In this document: piece by piece, positions 26,940-36,648 of the stretch
Position numbering within the stretch: the first letter of the stretch is position 1
How the letters are laid out: every line of letters begins with the position of its first letter
Source: a bacterium
Lineage (GTDB): Bacteria; Krumholzibacteriota; Krumholzibacteriia; LZORAL124-64-63
DNA: 64,000 nucleotides
Direction of reading: 5' to 3'
NCBI GenBank assembly: GCA_024231905.1
Contig: JAAEQC010000102.1
Location: forward strand, 234,974-298,973
The notes under the pieces: model-generated
Told to the model about the DNA's origin: nothing
The model's database searches: none
Seen by the model: only the letters and a program-made list of their open reading frames with translations
Made by a program: the position numbers and the translations under genes

Positions 26940-29900
26940 TTAGCTGAGGACATGATCCAGGGTGGCCAGGAGCTGGGCGCCGGTGAAGGGCTTCCGGACC
27001 GCCGCGGCGAAGCCGTGGGCGCCGGGATCGCTCAGGTGCGGTCCGTCGCTGTAGCCGCTGATCACGACGGCGCGCACGTCCGGATCGATGGTGCGCAGGT
27101 GGGCCAGGGTGTCGGCACCGCCCATGCCGCCGGGCACGATCAGGTCCAGGAGCACCGCGTCGAAGGGTTCGCCGCGGTCGCGGGCGCCGGTGAAGGACTC
27201 GACGGCGGTCCGGCCGTCCGCCACGCATTCGCACACATAGCCCCGGTCCACGAGCACACGTTCGATGATCTCGCGTACCCCGGCCTCGTCGTCGAGGACG
27301 AGGATTCGTCCCGACCGGCGGCGGGGCGGACGCGGCGCCGCCGCCACGGGCACGGCCTGGCGTTCGCTGGCCGGGAGCAGGACCGTGAAACGGGCGCCGC
27401 CGCCGGGCGCCTCGTCCACAGTCAGGCGTCCATCGTGACGGTGGATCACCGAATGGGCCACGGCCAGCCCCAAACCCGTGCGGGCGTCCTTGGTGCTGTA
27501 GTAGGGTTCGAAAACGCGCTCCCGGTCCTCCACGGGTACGCCGGGGCCTTCGTCGCCGATCTCGATGGCCAGATCGTCGGCTACGGGTGTTTGCCGGTGG
27601 GTGACGCGCACGGTGACCAAACCGCCGCGGGGCATGGCCTGGCGCGCATTGATCAGGATGTTGCTCAGGACCTGTTCGATCTGTCCTACATCGATCTCCG
27701 TGTGGGGCAGGTCCGCCGGCAGGTGCAGGTCCGCCGAGACGTTGGTACCGCTGAGCACGAGATTCGTAACGCTGCGCACCAGGGCACCCAGGTCGGATAG
27801 TTCCTTCCGGGGGGCGCCGCCGCGGGCGAAAGTGAGGAGTTGGTCCGTGAGGTTGCGCGCCCGGACGGAAGCCTCGTTGATGGCCACCAGGTAGTGCTCG
27901 GCGTCCGGACCGTCACGGTCGTCGGCGGCGAGGGAGGCATTGCCCATGATGATCATCAGCAGGTTGTTGAAGTCGTGGGCGATTCCGCCGGCGAGCAGGC
28001 CCAGGGACTCGAGACGCTGGGCGCGGCGTCTTTCCTCGGCCAGTTCGTTGCGGTCGGTCACGTCGTCGAACACCAGGAAACGAGCGCCGGTCGTCATACC
28101 AGGCGCTTCGTAGGTGGCGGTCCGGACTTCCAGGCAGCGGCGGGCCCCGTTGCCGTCGGCGGACCGGTCGATGACGAGTTCGTGGGGTTGGGGGGAGTCG
28201 TGCTCCGCCGGAACGAATTCGGGGAGGATATCCGGGAGCGAGCGCCCTTCGAGCCGGGTCCGGCCCGTGCCCAGGACCCGTGATGCGCCGGGATTCGCCT
28301 GCAGGATGCACCCGTTGCCGTCCACGACGAGCACGCCGTCGGTGATGCCGTCGAGGACCGCCGTCAAGCGGGCGGACTCGGTCCGGTACCGCAACTCGGA
28401 GGCGCGCAACTCCGCCGTCCGGTCGGCCACCTCGCGGCCGAGCCGTTCGGCGAAACGGCGGTTGGCCACGGCGAAGACGAGCAGGGCCAGCAGGGCGAGC
28501 ACAGCCAGGACCACGCCGGCGACGAACCAGGGGGTCCGCCACACCGGTGGGCGGAGGCGCAGGTCGGGTGAGACCAACACTTCGCTCACGTTGCCCTCCA
28601 CGTCCACCGCCTGCAGGTGCAGCCGGTGCAGGCCCGGCGGCAGGTTGGTGTAGCGGAGGGAATGGTCCGGGATGATCCGGGCCGGGGTCCAAGCGGACTG
28701 CAGGGGTTCGAACCGGGTGCGGAAGCGCAGGTGTTGCTCGTCCCGGAAGGCGTAGGCGGTGAAGCGGAAGACGACCTCGTGGGTGTTGGCGGGCAACTCC
28801 AGGAGGCCGGCGGGGGGGACCTCGCGGCCGTCCACCTCGACGCTCGTGAAACGGACAGGCAGGTCCACGGTCGGCTGCGCGTCGTGGAGGGGATCGAAGA
28901 CCGACACGCCGCGGTCAGTGCCGATCCAGATCCGGCCCGAGGCATCCTCGGCCAGGGCGTCCCGGTTGGTCTCGTTGCCGGCCAAACCGTCCGTGGTCCG
29001 CCAGGCGCGCAGCTTGCCGTCCTGCCAGCAGCGCACGCCGCGATCGGTGCCGAACCAGACACGGCCTGCCCGGTCGGCCAGCATGCCGAAGATCATGTCG
29101 TTGATGCGGGGGGCCGTCTCTGCGACCAGGCTGTCCCCCTCGATCCGGGCCAGTCCTCCGGCGGTTCCCACCCACACGCGGTCGTCCCGTTCGAGGACCG
29201 CGTAGGCCTGGCCGAGACGGGAGGACGACGGACCGCCGTACCATTCCTGCTCGTCGCCGCGTATGCGCAGCACCCCCAACCGGGGGGTGGTCACCCAGAT
29301 GCCTCCCCCGACTGCCGGTTCGATGCGGCGTACCGAGATTTTCTCGACCACGAGTTCGAAGGTGGCCGTGCCGGCCACGATGGCGTCGCGATCGACCCGG
29401 AAAAGGCCCCGCACCGTGCCCACCCAGAGTTTGCCCGCGTCGTCGGCGTGGAGGGCGAAGATGGGTAAGGGGGGAGTGCTCGGATTACCGTGCCAGGTGA
29501 GGCGGCCGTTGTTCTGGTAGCGGGCGATGCCCACGCGCTCGGCGGCCACCCAGTACCCGCCCTCCGGGTCAGGAGCGATATCCATGGTCCGGCACCGTCC
29601 GGTGCCGACATCCGTGTCGATAACCTGCTGGACTTCGTCGCCCACGAAGCGGGTCAGTCCATGGGGGTGGCCCAGCAGAACTCCGCCGTCCGGCAGGGGT
29701 TGCACCGCGCAGACCTCGTCGTCGGGGAAGCCGCTGTCGGCGTCGAAGTTGGTGAAACGGCGGGACACGATCTTGGTGACCCCGCGTAGGCCGGCGATCC
29801 ACACCAGCCCCTCACGATCGACGAGGATGTCGTAGGCGCCGGGGGCGGCGAAGTCCCGGGTGTCCAGGATTTCCCAGCCACGCCGGGGGTGCCGGTAGCG

Positions 29901-30773
29901 AATGCCGTCGGCGTCGCCGAGGTAGATGCCGCCCACGTGATCGGTGGCCACGGTCACCTCGTGGGACAGCTGTTTGACGCGGATCATCTCGTCGCGCTCC
30001 AGCACCTGGCAACCGGTCCGGTCGAGGCGACTCAGCCAGTGCTCGCCGGCCACGAGCACGGCGCCGTCGGTCCCGTCGGGCACCATGCCGTAGGCCGGTC
30101 CCGGCGGCATTCCCGGGACGGCCGCTACCGTCGGCAGAGGGGTTCCGGTCCTGATGCGCAGGAGGCCGGCCGAGGTGGCCACCAGGAAGCCGTCCGCCAG
30201 CGGGTGGGCAGAGTAGATGATGAAGCGTTGCCCGGCCGTAGCGACCAATTGCCAGCGTTCTTCGTCGAAGAGGTACAGGTGGTTGGCCGGAGTCCAGGCC
30301 AGGACCGCGGGAGCACCCTCGGAACCGCCCACGGCGAAACCGCGGGCCGTCCAATCCGCGCCGGATTGCCGGCACGGCGGGAGCAGGCGCCAGGCGCCGT
30401 CCACGCGGACCGAAACGCTGAGCGGGGTCTTGCCGTGCAGAATCCACAGACGCCCGTCCGCGCCCACCTCCACGTCGGCCACTCCCGGCAGCATGGTCGC
30501 GGGTACGGCCTCGGGCAGCCAACGGAATCCGTCATACCGGACCAGTCCATTGCGGGTGGCCATCCAGATGGCGCCGTCGCCGTCCTGGGCGATCCCGCTG
30601 ACGGAGCTGCTGGGCAACCCGTCGGTTTCGTCGTAGGTATGGAAGTGGTAGGATTGCCCGCGGACCGCCCCGGCGACCAGGGTGGCCAAGAGCAGAGTTC
30701 CCAGGAAGGCTGACCTCACGCGACGCGCCCCCGGATTCCTGGCACCCGATGCAGTTGTTTGAGCCGGGTCCAT
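26940..30773 (-). CDS. Hybrid sensor histidine kinase/response regulator with a periplasmic two-component-regulator-propeller (Reg_prop/Y_Y_Y) sensor
   Basis: Signal peptide, roughly 700 aa of beta-propeller repeats (GLPSSSV..I.QD.DG.IW..T..GL..), TM helix, PAS-like region, HisKA (GGIAHDFNNLLMII), HATPase_c (GLGLAVAHSVIHRHDG), and a C-terminal REC domain (ILVLDDE...LLDLIVPGGMGG). Start placed at MDPAQ (30771-30773). Confidence 0.8.
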   Translation of the reverse strand: MDPAQTTASGARNPGARRVRSAFLGTLLLATLVAGAVRGQSYHFHTYDETDGLPSSSVSGIAQDGDGAIWMATRNGLVRYDGFRWLPEAVPATMLPGVADVEVGADGRLWILHGKTPLSVSVRVDGAWRLLPPCRQSGADWTARGFAVGGSEGAPAVLAWTPANHLYLFDEERWQLVATAGQRFIIYSAHPLADGFLVATSAGLLRIRTGTPLPTVAAVPGMPPGPAYGMVPDGTDGAVLVAGEHWLSRLDRTGCQVLERDEMIRVKQLSHEVTVATDHVGGIYLGDADGIRYRHPRRGWEILDTRDFAAPGAYDILVDREGLVWIAGLRGVTKIVSRRFTNFDADSGFPDDEVCAVQPLPDGGVLLGHPHGLTRFVGDEVQQVIDTDVGTGRCRTMDIAPDPEGGYWVAAERVGIARYQNNGRLTWHGNPSTPPLPIFALHADDAGKLWVGTVRGLFRVDRDAIVAGTATFELVVEKISVRRIEPAVGGGIWVTTPRLGVLRIRGDEQEWYGGPSSSRLGQAYAVLERDDRVWVGTAGGLARIEGDSLVAETAPRINDMIFGMLADRAGRVWFGTDRGVRCWQDGKLRAWRTTDGLAGNETNRDALAEDASGRIWIGTDRGVSVFDPLHDAQPTVDLPVRFTSVEVDGREVPPAGLLELPANTHEVVFRFTAYAFRDEQHLRFRTRFEPLQSAWTPARIIPDHSLRYTNLPPGLHRLHLQAVDVEGNVSEVLVSPDLRLRPPVWRTPWFVAGVVLAVLALLALLVFAVANRRFAERLGREVADRTAELRASELRYRTESARLTAVLDGITDGVLVVDGNGCILQANPGASRVLGTGRTRLEGRSLPDILPEFVPAEHDSPQPHELVIDRSADGNGARRCLEVRTATYEAPGMTTGARFLVFDDVTDRNELAEERRRAQRLESLGLLAGGIAHDFNNLLMIIMGNASLAADDRDGPDAEHYLVAINEASVRARNLTDQLLTFARGGAPRKELSDLGALVRSVTNLVLSGTNVSADLHLPADLPHTEIDVGQIEQVLSNILINARQAMPRGGLVTVRVTHRQTPVADDLAIEIGDEGPGVPVEDRERVFEPYYSTKDARTGLGLAVAHSVIHRHDGRLTVDEAPGGGARFTVLLPASERQAVPVAAAPRPPRRRSGRILVLDDEAGVREIIERVLVDRGYVCECVADGRTAVESFTGARDRGEPFDAVLLDLIVPGGMGGADTLAHLRTIDPDVRAVVISGYSDGPHLSDPGAHGFAAAVRKPFTGAQLLATLDHVLS

Positions 30774-30846
30774 TATGCGTGACCGCGGGCCGTGCGGCAA
30801 GACGGTTTCGCGGACCGGCAAGCCGGAATCGGAAGGATGCAAGATC

Positions 30847-31188
30847 ATGTCCAGGATGACGATCCCCGAGTTCCTGAAAGCGAATCCCGAGATCGACCTG
30901 CCCCTGCCGGGCGTGACCGGCTGGCTGCTCCAGGGTGAACGGCAGCAAGCGGTGGTCGTGGAATTCAACGAGACGGTGGAGGTGGCCGAGCACGATCACG
31001 CCGACCAATGGGAGATTGCGTTGTCCGGCCAGGTGGAATTGCATCGGGCGGGCGGCACCGAGGTCTACGAGGCGGGCGAGAACTTCCACATCCCGGCTGG
31101 ACAGCCCCACGGCGCCACGGTCCACGCCGGCTACAAGGCGCTCATCTTCTTTGACGAACCGGATCGATATCAGCCCAAGAAGGGTTGA
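30847..31188 (+). CDS. Cupin domain protein
   Basis: Small beta-barrel cupin motif (EHDHADQWEIALSGQVEL...GENFHIPAGQPHG). GGAAGGA RBS before ATG 30847. Confidence 0.6.
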   Translation: MSRMTIPEFLKANPEIDLPLPGVTGWLLQGERQQAVVVEFNETVEVAEHDHADQWEIALSGQVELHRAGGTEVYEAGENFHIPAGQPHGATVHAGYKALIFFDEPDRYQPKKG

Positions 31189-31219
31189 TAACGGCCATCC
31201 CCGACCCCGGAGGTGGACC

Positions 31220-31624
31220 ATGGCCCGCGTACTGGGTCTCGGCGGCGTATTCTTCAAGGTGGCGGATCCCGAGGCCCTGGGCGCCTGGTATCGCCGGTGG
31301 CTCGACGTGCCGGTCCAAGTGCCCTACGGCGCCAGTTTCCTGCCCATGGGCATGCCTCCCGGCGGTTACCAGATCTGGTCGCCCTTCGCGGCCGACACGG
31401 ACTACTTCGCCCCGTCCGGGAGCGATTTCATGTTCAACCTGGTGGTGGACGATCTGGAAGGCTGCCTGGCCCGGGTGGCCGAGGGTGGGGCGGAGATCCT
31501 GCCCGACCGGCAGGACGGTGACTACGGCCGCTTCGGGTGGTTCCTGGACCCGGCCGGCCACAAGGTCGAGCTGTGGCAGCCGCCGGCCGTATTGCCCTCC
31601 GACGTGGCTCCGGAAGGCTCCTGA
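31220..31624 (+). CDS. VOC/glyoxalase-family protein
   Basis: MARVLGLGGVFFKVADPEALGAWY...GHKVELWQ is a VOC-fold signature. GGAGGTGG RBS. Confidence 0.6.
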   Translation: MARVLGLGGVFFKVADPEALGAWYRRWLDVPVQVPYGASFLPMGMPPGGYQIWSPFAADTDYFAPSGSDFMFNLVVDDLEGCLARVAEGGAEILPDRQDGDYGRFGWFLDPAGHKVELWQPPAVLPSDVAPEGS

Positions 31625-31834
31625 AACGTTTTTAACGACCGTTTTCATCTTTTATGTGTCTCGGTGCCAACGGCTTGATGCAGCACCCGGTCCAAGGGGG
31701 TCCTGCGGGCTGGCGCGGGGGTAGGGCGTTCCGTACCGTTCACGCGGATGACGTGTCGGGTGGAGACGGAGAGAGCCCTGTCACGTCCGCGCCTACCGGG
31801 CGGTGCGGATGCGCCATATGCCCAAGGATTCCTC

Positions 31835-32179
31835 ATGAAGCGTTTTCTGATCCTCCTGTTGATGTTGGCTGCCGGCGACCTCGCGGCCCAGACCCTGCCT
31901 CCCCAGCGATTCGCCTGGACCCGGCCCACCGCGGGCGAGCCGGCGGTGAGTTATGTGGTGCAGACCCGTGAGAACAGTGGCCCCTGGGTCACGGCTGGCG
32001 CCGCGACCGACACCTTCTATGTCTTCGACGACCTGCTGGCCGCCAGTTCCTGGGAGATCCGGGTGGCGGGCGTCGACGGCCAGGGACGCCAGGGCGTCTA
32101 CTCCTTGCCGTCCCTGCCTATCGTGGGCGACGAGGGACCTCCGGGACCGCCGGGCGTGCCCGAACTCCAGACCCCTTAA
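31835..32179 (+). CDS. Small secreted protein with an FN3-like domain and a collagen-like GPPGPPG tail
   Basis: Signal peptide MKRFLILLLMLAAGDLAAQ, FN3-like core (VSYVVQTRENSGPW...SWEIRVAGVDGQG), AAGGA RBS. Confidence 0.5.
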   Translation: MKRFLILLLMLAAGDLAAQTLPPQRFAWTRPTAGEPAVSYVVQTRENSGPWVTAGAATDTFYVFDDLLAASSWEIRVAGVDGQGRQGVYSLPSLPIVGDEGPPGPPGVPELQTP

Positions 32180-32271
32180 GACAGCACGCGTGGGGGCCGT
32201 CCTTGACCGGTACGGCGCCACCGGCTAACTTTGGCGGGACATTCCAACGGGTCCGGCTCGGCCGGACCCGC

Positions 32272-32414
32272 GACCTCAACTTCAGGGCGGGGTGAAATTC
32301 CCCACCGGCGGTGAAAGCCCGCGAGCTACCGCCACCGACGGCCCGGCCGTCCGGCGGATGCTGACCCGGTGAAATTCCGGGGCCGACGGTGAAAGTCCGG
32401 ATGGGAGAAGTTGG
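32272..32414 (+). ncRNA. FMN riboswitch (RFN element) upstream of the rib operon
   Basis: Conserved RFN core TTCAGGGCGGGGTGAAATTCCCCACCGGCGGTGAAAGCCCGCGAGC ... GGTGAAATTCCGGGGCCGACGGTGAAAGTCCGGATGGGAGAAG immediately 5' of ribD. The boundaries are approximate. Confidence 0.8.
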
Positions 32415-32420
32415 CGGTTC

Positions 32421-33644
32421 ATGCCGCGGTGTCCGCATGCCCGTTCGGGTGCGGCGGACCGTTCTTCTCCCTATGACATGCCCTGCCGGGATTCCATGGC
32501 CGACCCGTTCGCCAGCGACACCCGCGACGAAGCCCCCATGGCCGAGGCCCTTGCTCTGGCCCGGGCCACCGCGCGCCGTACGTGGCCCAACCCGCCGGTG
32601 GGCGCGGTGGTCGTGCGCGACGGGGAAGTAGTCGGCCGGGGCGCCCACGCCGGAGCCGGTTCGCCCCATGCCGAACCCTTGGCCCTGGCCGACGCCGGCG
32701 CGGCCGCTCGCGGCGCCACCCTCTACGTCACCCTCGAGCCCTGCAACCACCAGGGGCGCACGCCGCCCTGTGCCGCGGCCGTCTATGAAGCGGGCATAGC
32801 CCGCGTGGTCGTGGCCATGCGGGATCCGAATCCCCAGGTGACCGGCGGCGGTTGCCGTTGGCTGCGGGACCGAGGCCTGGCCGTGGACGTGGGCGTGGGA
32901 GCCGCCGAAGCACTCGAACTGGTGTGGCCTTTCGCCGCCGGCGGAGGATTCCCGCGGCCCTGGATCGAACTCAAGACGGCCACGACCCTGGACGGGCGCT
33001 TCGCCCCGCCGGACACGACCCGGGACGCGGCGGCGCCCTTCTTCCTCACCGGCCCCGACGCACGCCGCGACGTGCACCGGCGCCGGCGCCGGGTGGATGT
33101 GGTGCTGGTGGGCGAGGGCACCGTCCGCGCCGACCGGCCCCGGCTGGATGGCCGTGGCGCCGCCGGCCAGAACGACGTGCCGCAAGCAGAACCGCTGGCC
33201 GCCTACTGCGATACGGACCTCAGCTGGACCGGCGGTTTCGCCCGGGAGACATACCTGGTCCTGGCCGGGGAACAAGCCGCCGCGGATGCCGCCCGGGTGG
33301 CGGCCATCACCGCCGACGGCGGCAAAGTCGTGGCCTGCCGCACCTCCGACGGGCGCCTGGACCTGCCGGACGTGCTACGGAAATTCGCGGCGCGGGACCT
33401 GGTGACGGTCATGGTCGAGGGCGGGCCGCGCCTGGCCGCGTCCTTCCTGGGGGCCGGGCTGGTGGACCGCTGGCTGCGCTACGAGGCGCCGCGGGTCCTG
33501 GGTGCGGGTATCGGCTGGCCGGCGGATCTGGCGCCGGGTGCGGAGGACTTCCACGTCACCCGCATCGAACGCCACGGCGATGACCTTCTGACGATCCTGG
33601 ACCGCCGGGACTTCCGGTCCCTGCTGACGGAGGTGACGGCCTGA
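32421..33644 (+). CDS. ribD: Bifunctional diaminohydroxyphosphoribosylaminopyrimidine deaminase / 5-amino-6-(5-phosphoribosylamino)uracil reductase
   Basis: CMP/dCMP deaminase zinc motifs (HAEPLAL...LEPCNHQGRTPPC) plus a RibD_C reductase domain. ATG 32421 sits 9 nt after GGGAGAAG of the riboswitch 3' end. ATG 32496 (MADPF...) is an alternative start that would remove a 25-aa extension. Confidence 0.8.
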   Translation: MPRCPHARSGAADRSSPYDMPCRDSMADPFASDTRDEAPMAEALALARATARRTWPNPPVGAVVVRDGEVVGRGAHAGAGSPHAEPLALADAGAAARGATLYVTLEPCNHQGRTPPCAAAVYEAGIARVVVAMRDPNPQVTGGGCRWLRDRGLAVDVGVGAAEALELVWPFAAGGGFPRPWIELKTATTLDGRFAPPDTTRDAAAPFFLTGPDARRDVHRRRRRVDVVLVGEGTVRADRPRLDGRGAAGQNDVPQAEPLAAYCDTDLSWTGGFARETYLVLAGEQAAADAARVAAITADGGKVVACRTSDGRLDLPDVLRKFAARDLVTVMVEGGPRLAASFLGAGLVDRWLRYEAPRVLGAGIGWPADLAPGAEDFHVTRIERHGDDLLTILDRRDFRSLLTEVTA

Positions 33645-34342
33645 TGTTTACCGGCATGATCAAGGAGATCGGACGCCTCAGGGGCCTGGTCCCAGCCGGC
33701 GGTGTGGTGCGCGTGGATATCGACGGTCCGCAGACCGCCCGGGCCGCGTCCCTCGGGGACAGCATCGCCGTGGACGGCATCTGCCTCACGGTGACCGCGG
33801 TCCGGGGACGGTCCTTCTCGGCGGAAGCCGCCACCGAAACCCGCCGCCTGACCACCTTGCGCGATTGGCGCCCGGGCCGCCGCCTGCACCTGGAGCCCGC
33901 CCTGCGCGCGGGTGATCCCCTGGACGGCCACCTGGTGCAGGGTCATGTGGACGGCGTGGGCCGCGTGGTCAAGGTGGCCCGCGCGGGCCGCGACCTGCTG
34001 GTGACCGTGGGCCTGGACCGTAAAATGGCCCGCTACCTCACGCCCAAGGGCTCGGTGGCCGTGGACGGCGTGAGCCTCACGGTGGACCAGGGACCCCACA
34101 CCGACCGCTTCACCGTCAACTTCATTCCCCACACCCTGGCCTGGACCCACTTCGACGGCATCCGTTCCGGACGCCGCGTGAACCTGGAGATGGACGTGCT
34201 GGTGAAAGCCGCCCGGGCCGGCGGTTTCGCCGACCTGCCTGCGGTGGACGCCGCGCCGGCGCCGGACGCCGGGACACCCCTCACCCTGGAGCGTCTGCTG
34301 GGGGCGGGCTTCCGCCGCCGCGGCACGAAAGGATCGACATGA
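33644..34342 (+). CDS. ribE: Riboflavin synthase (alpha subunit)
   Basis: MFTGMIKEIG...GDSIAVDGICLTV... and the duplicated lumazine-binding half GSVAVDGVSLTV. ATG overlaps the ribD stop. Confidence 0.9.
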   Translation: MFTGMIKEIGRLRGLVPAGGVVRVDIDGPQTARAASLGDSIAVDGICLTVTAVRGRSFSAEAATETRRLTTLRDWRPGRRLHLEPALRAGDPLDGHLVQGHVDGVGRVVKVARAGRDLLVTVGLDRKMARYLTPKGSVAVDGVSLTVDQGPHTDRFTVNFIPHTLAWTHFDGIRSGRRVNLEMDVLVKAARAGGFADLPAVDAAPAPDAGTPLTLERLLGAGFRRRGTKGST

Positions 34343-35553
34343 GCGAGCAACCCCGCATCGACACCATCGACGAGGCCCTGGACGCTCTGCGCGCCGGGGA
34401 GATCGTCGTCGTCGTGGACGACGAGGACCGGGAAAACGAGGGCGACTTCATCGTCGCCGCCGAGAAGGTCACGCCCCAGATCGTGAACTTCATCGCCAAG
34501 CACGGCCGCGGCCTCATCTGCCTCTCGGCCACGGGCGAGCGTCTGCAGGAACTGGACATCGAGCCCATGGTGGCCCGCAACACCGCCAGTCTGGGCACGG
34601 CCTTCACCGTGAGCATCGACGCCGCCACCGGCGTCACCACGGGCATCTCGGCCGCCGACCGGTCCCGCACGGTCGAGGTCTTCATCGATCCGAAGACCCG
34701 GCCCCGCGACCTCTCCCGGCCCGGTCACATCTTCCCCCTGGAAGCCATGCCCGGCGGCGTGCTCAAGCGGGCCGGCCACACGGAAGCCGTGGTGGACATG
34801 TGCGAGGCCGCCGGCCTGTACCCGGCAGGCCTGCTCTGCGAGATCATGGACGAGGACGGGGAAATGGCGCGGTTGCCCCGCCTCGGGGAAATCGCTCGGG
34901 AGCACGGACTCAAGCTGGTGACCATCGCCGACCTCATCAAGTGGCGCCGCGGCCACGAGCGCCTGGTGGACCGGGAGGCCGAAGTGCCCCTGCCCACGTC
35001 CTTCGGCGAGTTCCGCATGGTGGCCTACTCCACCAAGGTGGACGCGGCCACCCACGTGGCCCTGATCAAGGGCGACATCAGCCCCGACGAGCCCACCCTG
35101 GTGCGCGTCCACAGCGAGTGCATGACCGGCGACCTCTTCCACAGCATGCGCTGCGACTGCGGCCAGCAGATGGAGGCCGCCCTGTCCATAATCGAGGCCG
35201 AGGGCAAGGGTGTCTTCCTGTACATGCGCCAGGAGGGACGCGGCATCGGCCTGGTGAACAAGATGAAGGCCTACGTGCTCCAGGATGAGGGCGCCGACAC
35301 GGTGGAGGCCAACGAGAAGCTGGGCTTCCCGCCGGACCTCAGGGAGTACGGCATCGGCGCGCAGATCCTCAGGGATTTGGGCGTCAAGCGCATGCGCCTG
35401 ATGACGAACAACCCCCGCAAGATCGTGGGGTTGGAGAGCTACAAGCTGGAGATCGTCGACCGGGTGGCGGTCGAGGTCGAACCGAACGTGAAGAACGCCA
35501 GATACCTGCAGACCAAGAAGGCCCGCATGGGGCACCTGCTCGACCACCTCTAG
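34339..35553 (+). CDS. ribBA: Bifunctional 3,4-dihydroxy-2-butanone-4-phosphate synthase / GTP cyclohydrolase II
   Basis: DHBP synthase motifs (DDEDRENEGDF, RGHTEA) and GTP cyclohydrolase II zinc Cys motif (CMTGDLFHSMRCDCG). ATGA overlap with ribE. Confidence 0.9.
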   Translation: MSEQPRIDTIDEALDALRAGEIVVVVDDEDRENEGDFIVAAEKVTPQIVNFIAKHGRGLICLSATGERLQELDIEPMVARNTASLGTAFTVSIDAATGVTTGISAADRSRTVEVFIDPKTRPRDLSRPGHIFPLEAMPGGVLKRAGHTEAVVDMCEAAGLYPAGLLCEIMDEDGEMARLPRLGEIAREHGLKLVTIADLIKWRRGHERLVDREAEVPLPTSFGEFRMVAYSTKVDAATHVALIKGDISPDEPTLVRVHSECMTGDLFHSMRCDCGQQMEAALSIIEAEGKGVFLYMRQEGRGIGLVNKMKAYVLQDEGADTVEANEKLGFPPDLREYGIGAQILRDLGVKRMRLMTNNPRKIVGLESYKLEIVDRVAVEVEPNVKNARYLQTKKARMGHLLDHL

Positions 35554-35565
35554 GAGGAACGTACG

Positions 35566-36039
35566 ATGGGTAAGAAATTCGAGGGCAAGTTCGACGCGCG
35601 GGGCAAGCGGATCGCCGTCGTCGGCAGCCGCTTCAACGACTTCTTCACCAGCGAGCTCATGGACGGGGCCCTGGACTGCCTGGCCCGCCACGGCGTGGAG
35701 GATGACCAGATCGACACGGCCTGGGTCCCCGGCGGTTTCGAGATCCCCATCGCCGCCAAGCGCTTCGTGGCCACCGGCCGTTACGCCGCCGTCATCTGTG
35801 TGGGCTGCATCATCCAGGGCGACACGCCCCACTTCCACTACGTGTCCAGCGAGGTCACCAAGGGCATCGCCCAGGTTTCCCTGGACTCGGACATTCCCGT
35901 GGTGTACGGCATCGTCACCGCTGAGACCCTGGACCAGGCCATCGAACGGTCCGGCACCAAGGCCGGCAACAAGGGCTTCGACGCGGCGCTCACTGCGCTG
36001 GAGATGATCGACCTCTGCGCCGAGATCGACGCGGGCTGA
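35566..36039 (+). CDS. ribH: 6,7-dimethyl-8-ribityllumazine synthase
   Basis: GKRIAVVGSRFNDF...WVPGGFEIP...GCIIQGDTPHFHYV is a canonical lumazine synthase. Confidence 0.9.
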   Translation: MGKKFEGKFDARGKRIAVVGSRFNDFFTSELMDGALDCLARHGVEDDQIDTAWVPGGFEIPIAAKRFVATGRYAAVICVGCIIQGDTPHFHYVSSEVTKGIAQVSLDSDIPVVYGIVTAETLDQAIERSGTKAGNKGFDAALTALEMIDLCAEIDAG

Positions 36040-36062
36040 CGACACCGCCGAGGAGGACAACC

Positions 36063-36593
36063 ATGACCGAGTTCGCGCGTCCGGCGCCGGACGAGTATGC
36101 GCCCTACTTCCAGACCTACCTGGACAAGGTGCCCTCCGGCGTGACCGACATCCTGGGCCACCTGAAGAGCCAGGGGTTGATCTGGCTGAACCTGCTGCGC
36201 ACCCTGGACGATGCCGGAGCCGAGTACCGGTACGCCGAGGGCAAGTGGTCGGTGAAGGAAATGGTCGGGCATCTCATAGACACCGAGCGCACCTTCACCT
36301 TCCGCGCCCTGTGGATCGGCCGTGGGGCGCCCGAGGACCAGCCGGGCATGGACCAGGATCTGTGGGTCGAGAGAGCAGGCTCCCACGACCGGCCCCTGGC
36401 CGCCCTCTGGCGGGAGCAGCACGTGTGCCGCACGGACCACGTCTACCTCTTCCGCAGCCTGGACCAGACGGCGATCGAACGCCGGGGCACGGCCGACAAC
36501 AAGGCCCTCAGCGTGCGCGCCATCCCCTGGGTCATCGCCGGGCACGAGAAGCACCATCTGGACGTGCTGAAGGAGCGGTACGGGCTCGGCTGA
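36063..36593 (+). CDS. DinB/YfiT-family (DinB_2) metal-dependent hydrolase-like protein
   Basis: 176 aa with a DinB_2-type His pattern (MVGHLIDTER...AGHEKHHLDVL). GAGGAGGA RBS before ATG 36063. Confidence 0.6.
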   Translation: MTEFARPAPDEYAPYFQTYLDKVPSGVTDILGHLKSQGLIWLNLLRTLDDAGAEYRYAEGKWSVKEMVGHLIDTERTFTFRALWIGRGAPEDQPGMDQDLWVERAGSHDRPLAALWREQHVCRTDHVYLFRSLDQTAIERRGTADNKALSVRAIPWVIAGHEKHHLDVLKERYGLG

Positions 36594-36624
36594 GCCCGCG
36601 GTTTTTCGTATGGTAGTTCGTAGA

Positions 36625-36648
36625 CCGGCGGCCCATTGCGGCCGCCGG
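36625..36648 (+). terminator. GC-rich hairpin (CCGGCGGCC-cattgc-GGCCGCCGG) downstream of the DinB-family gene; weak intrinsic-terminator or attenuator candidate
   Basis: A perfect 9-bp inverted repeat is visible. Only TT follows, so the rho-independent call is weak. Confidence 0.25.
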
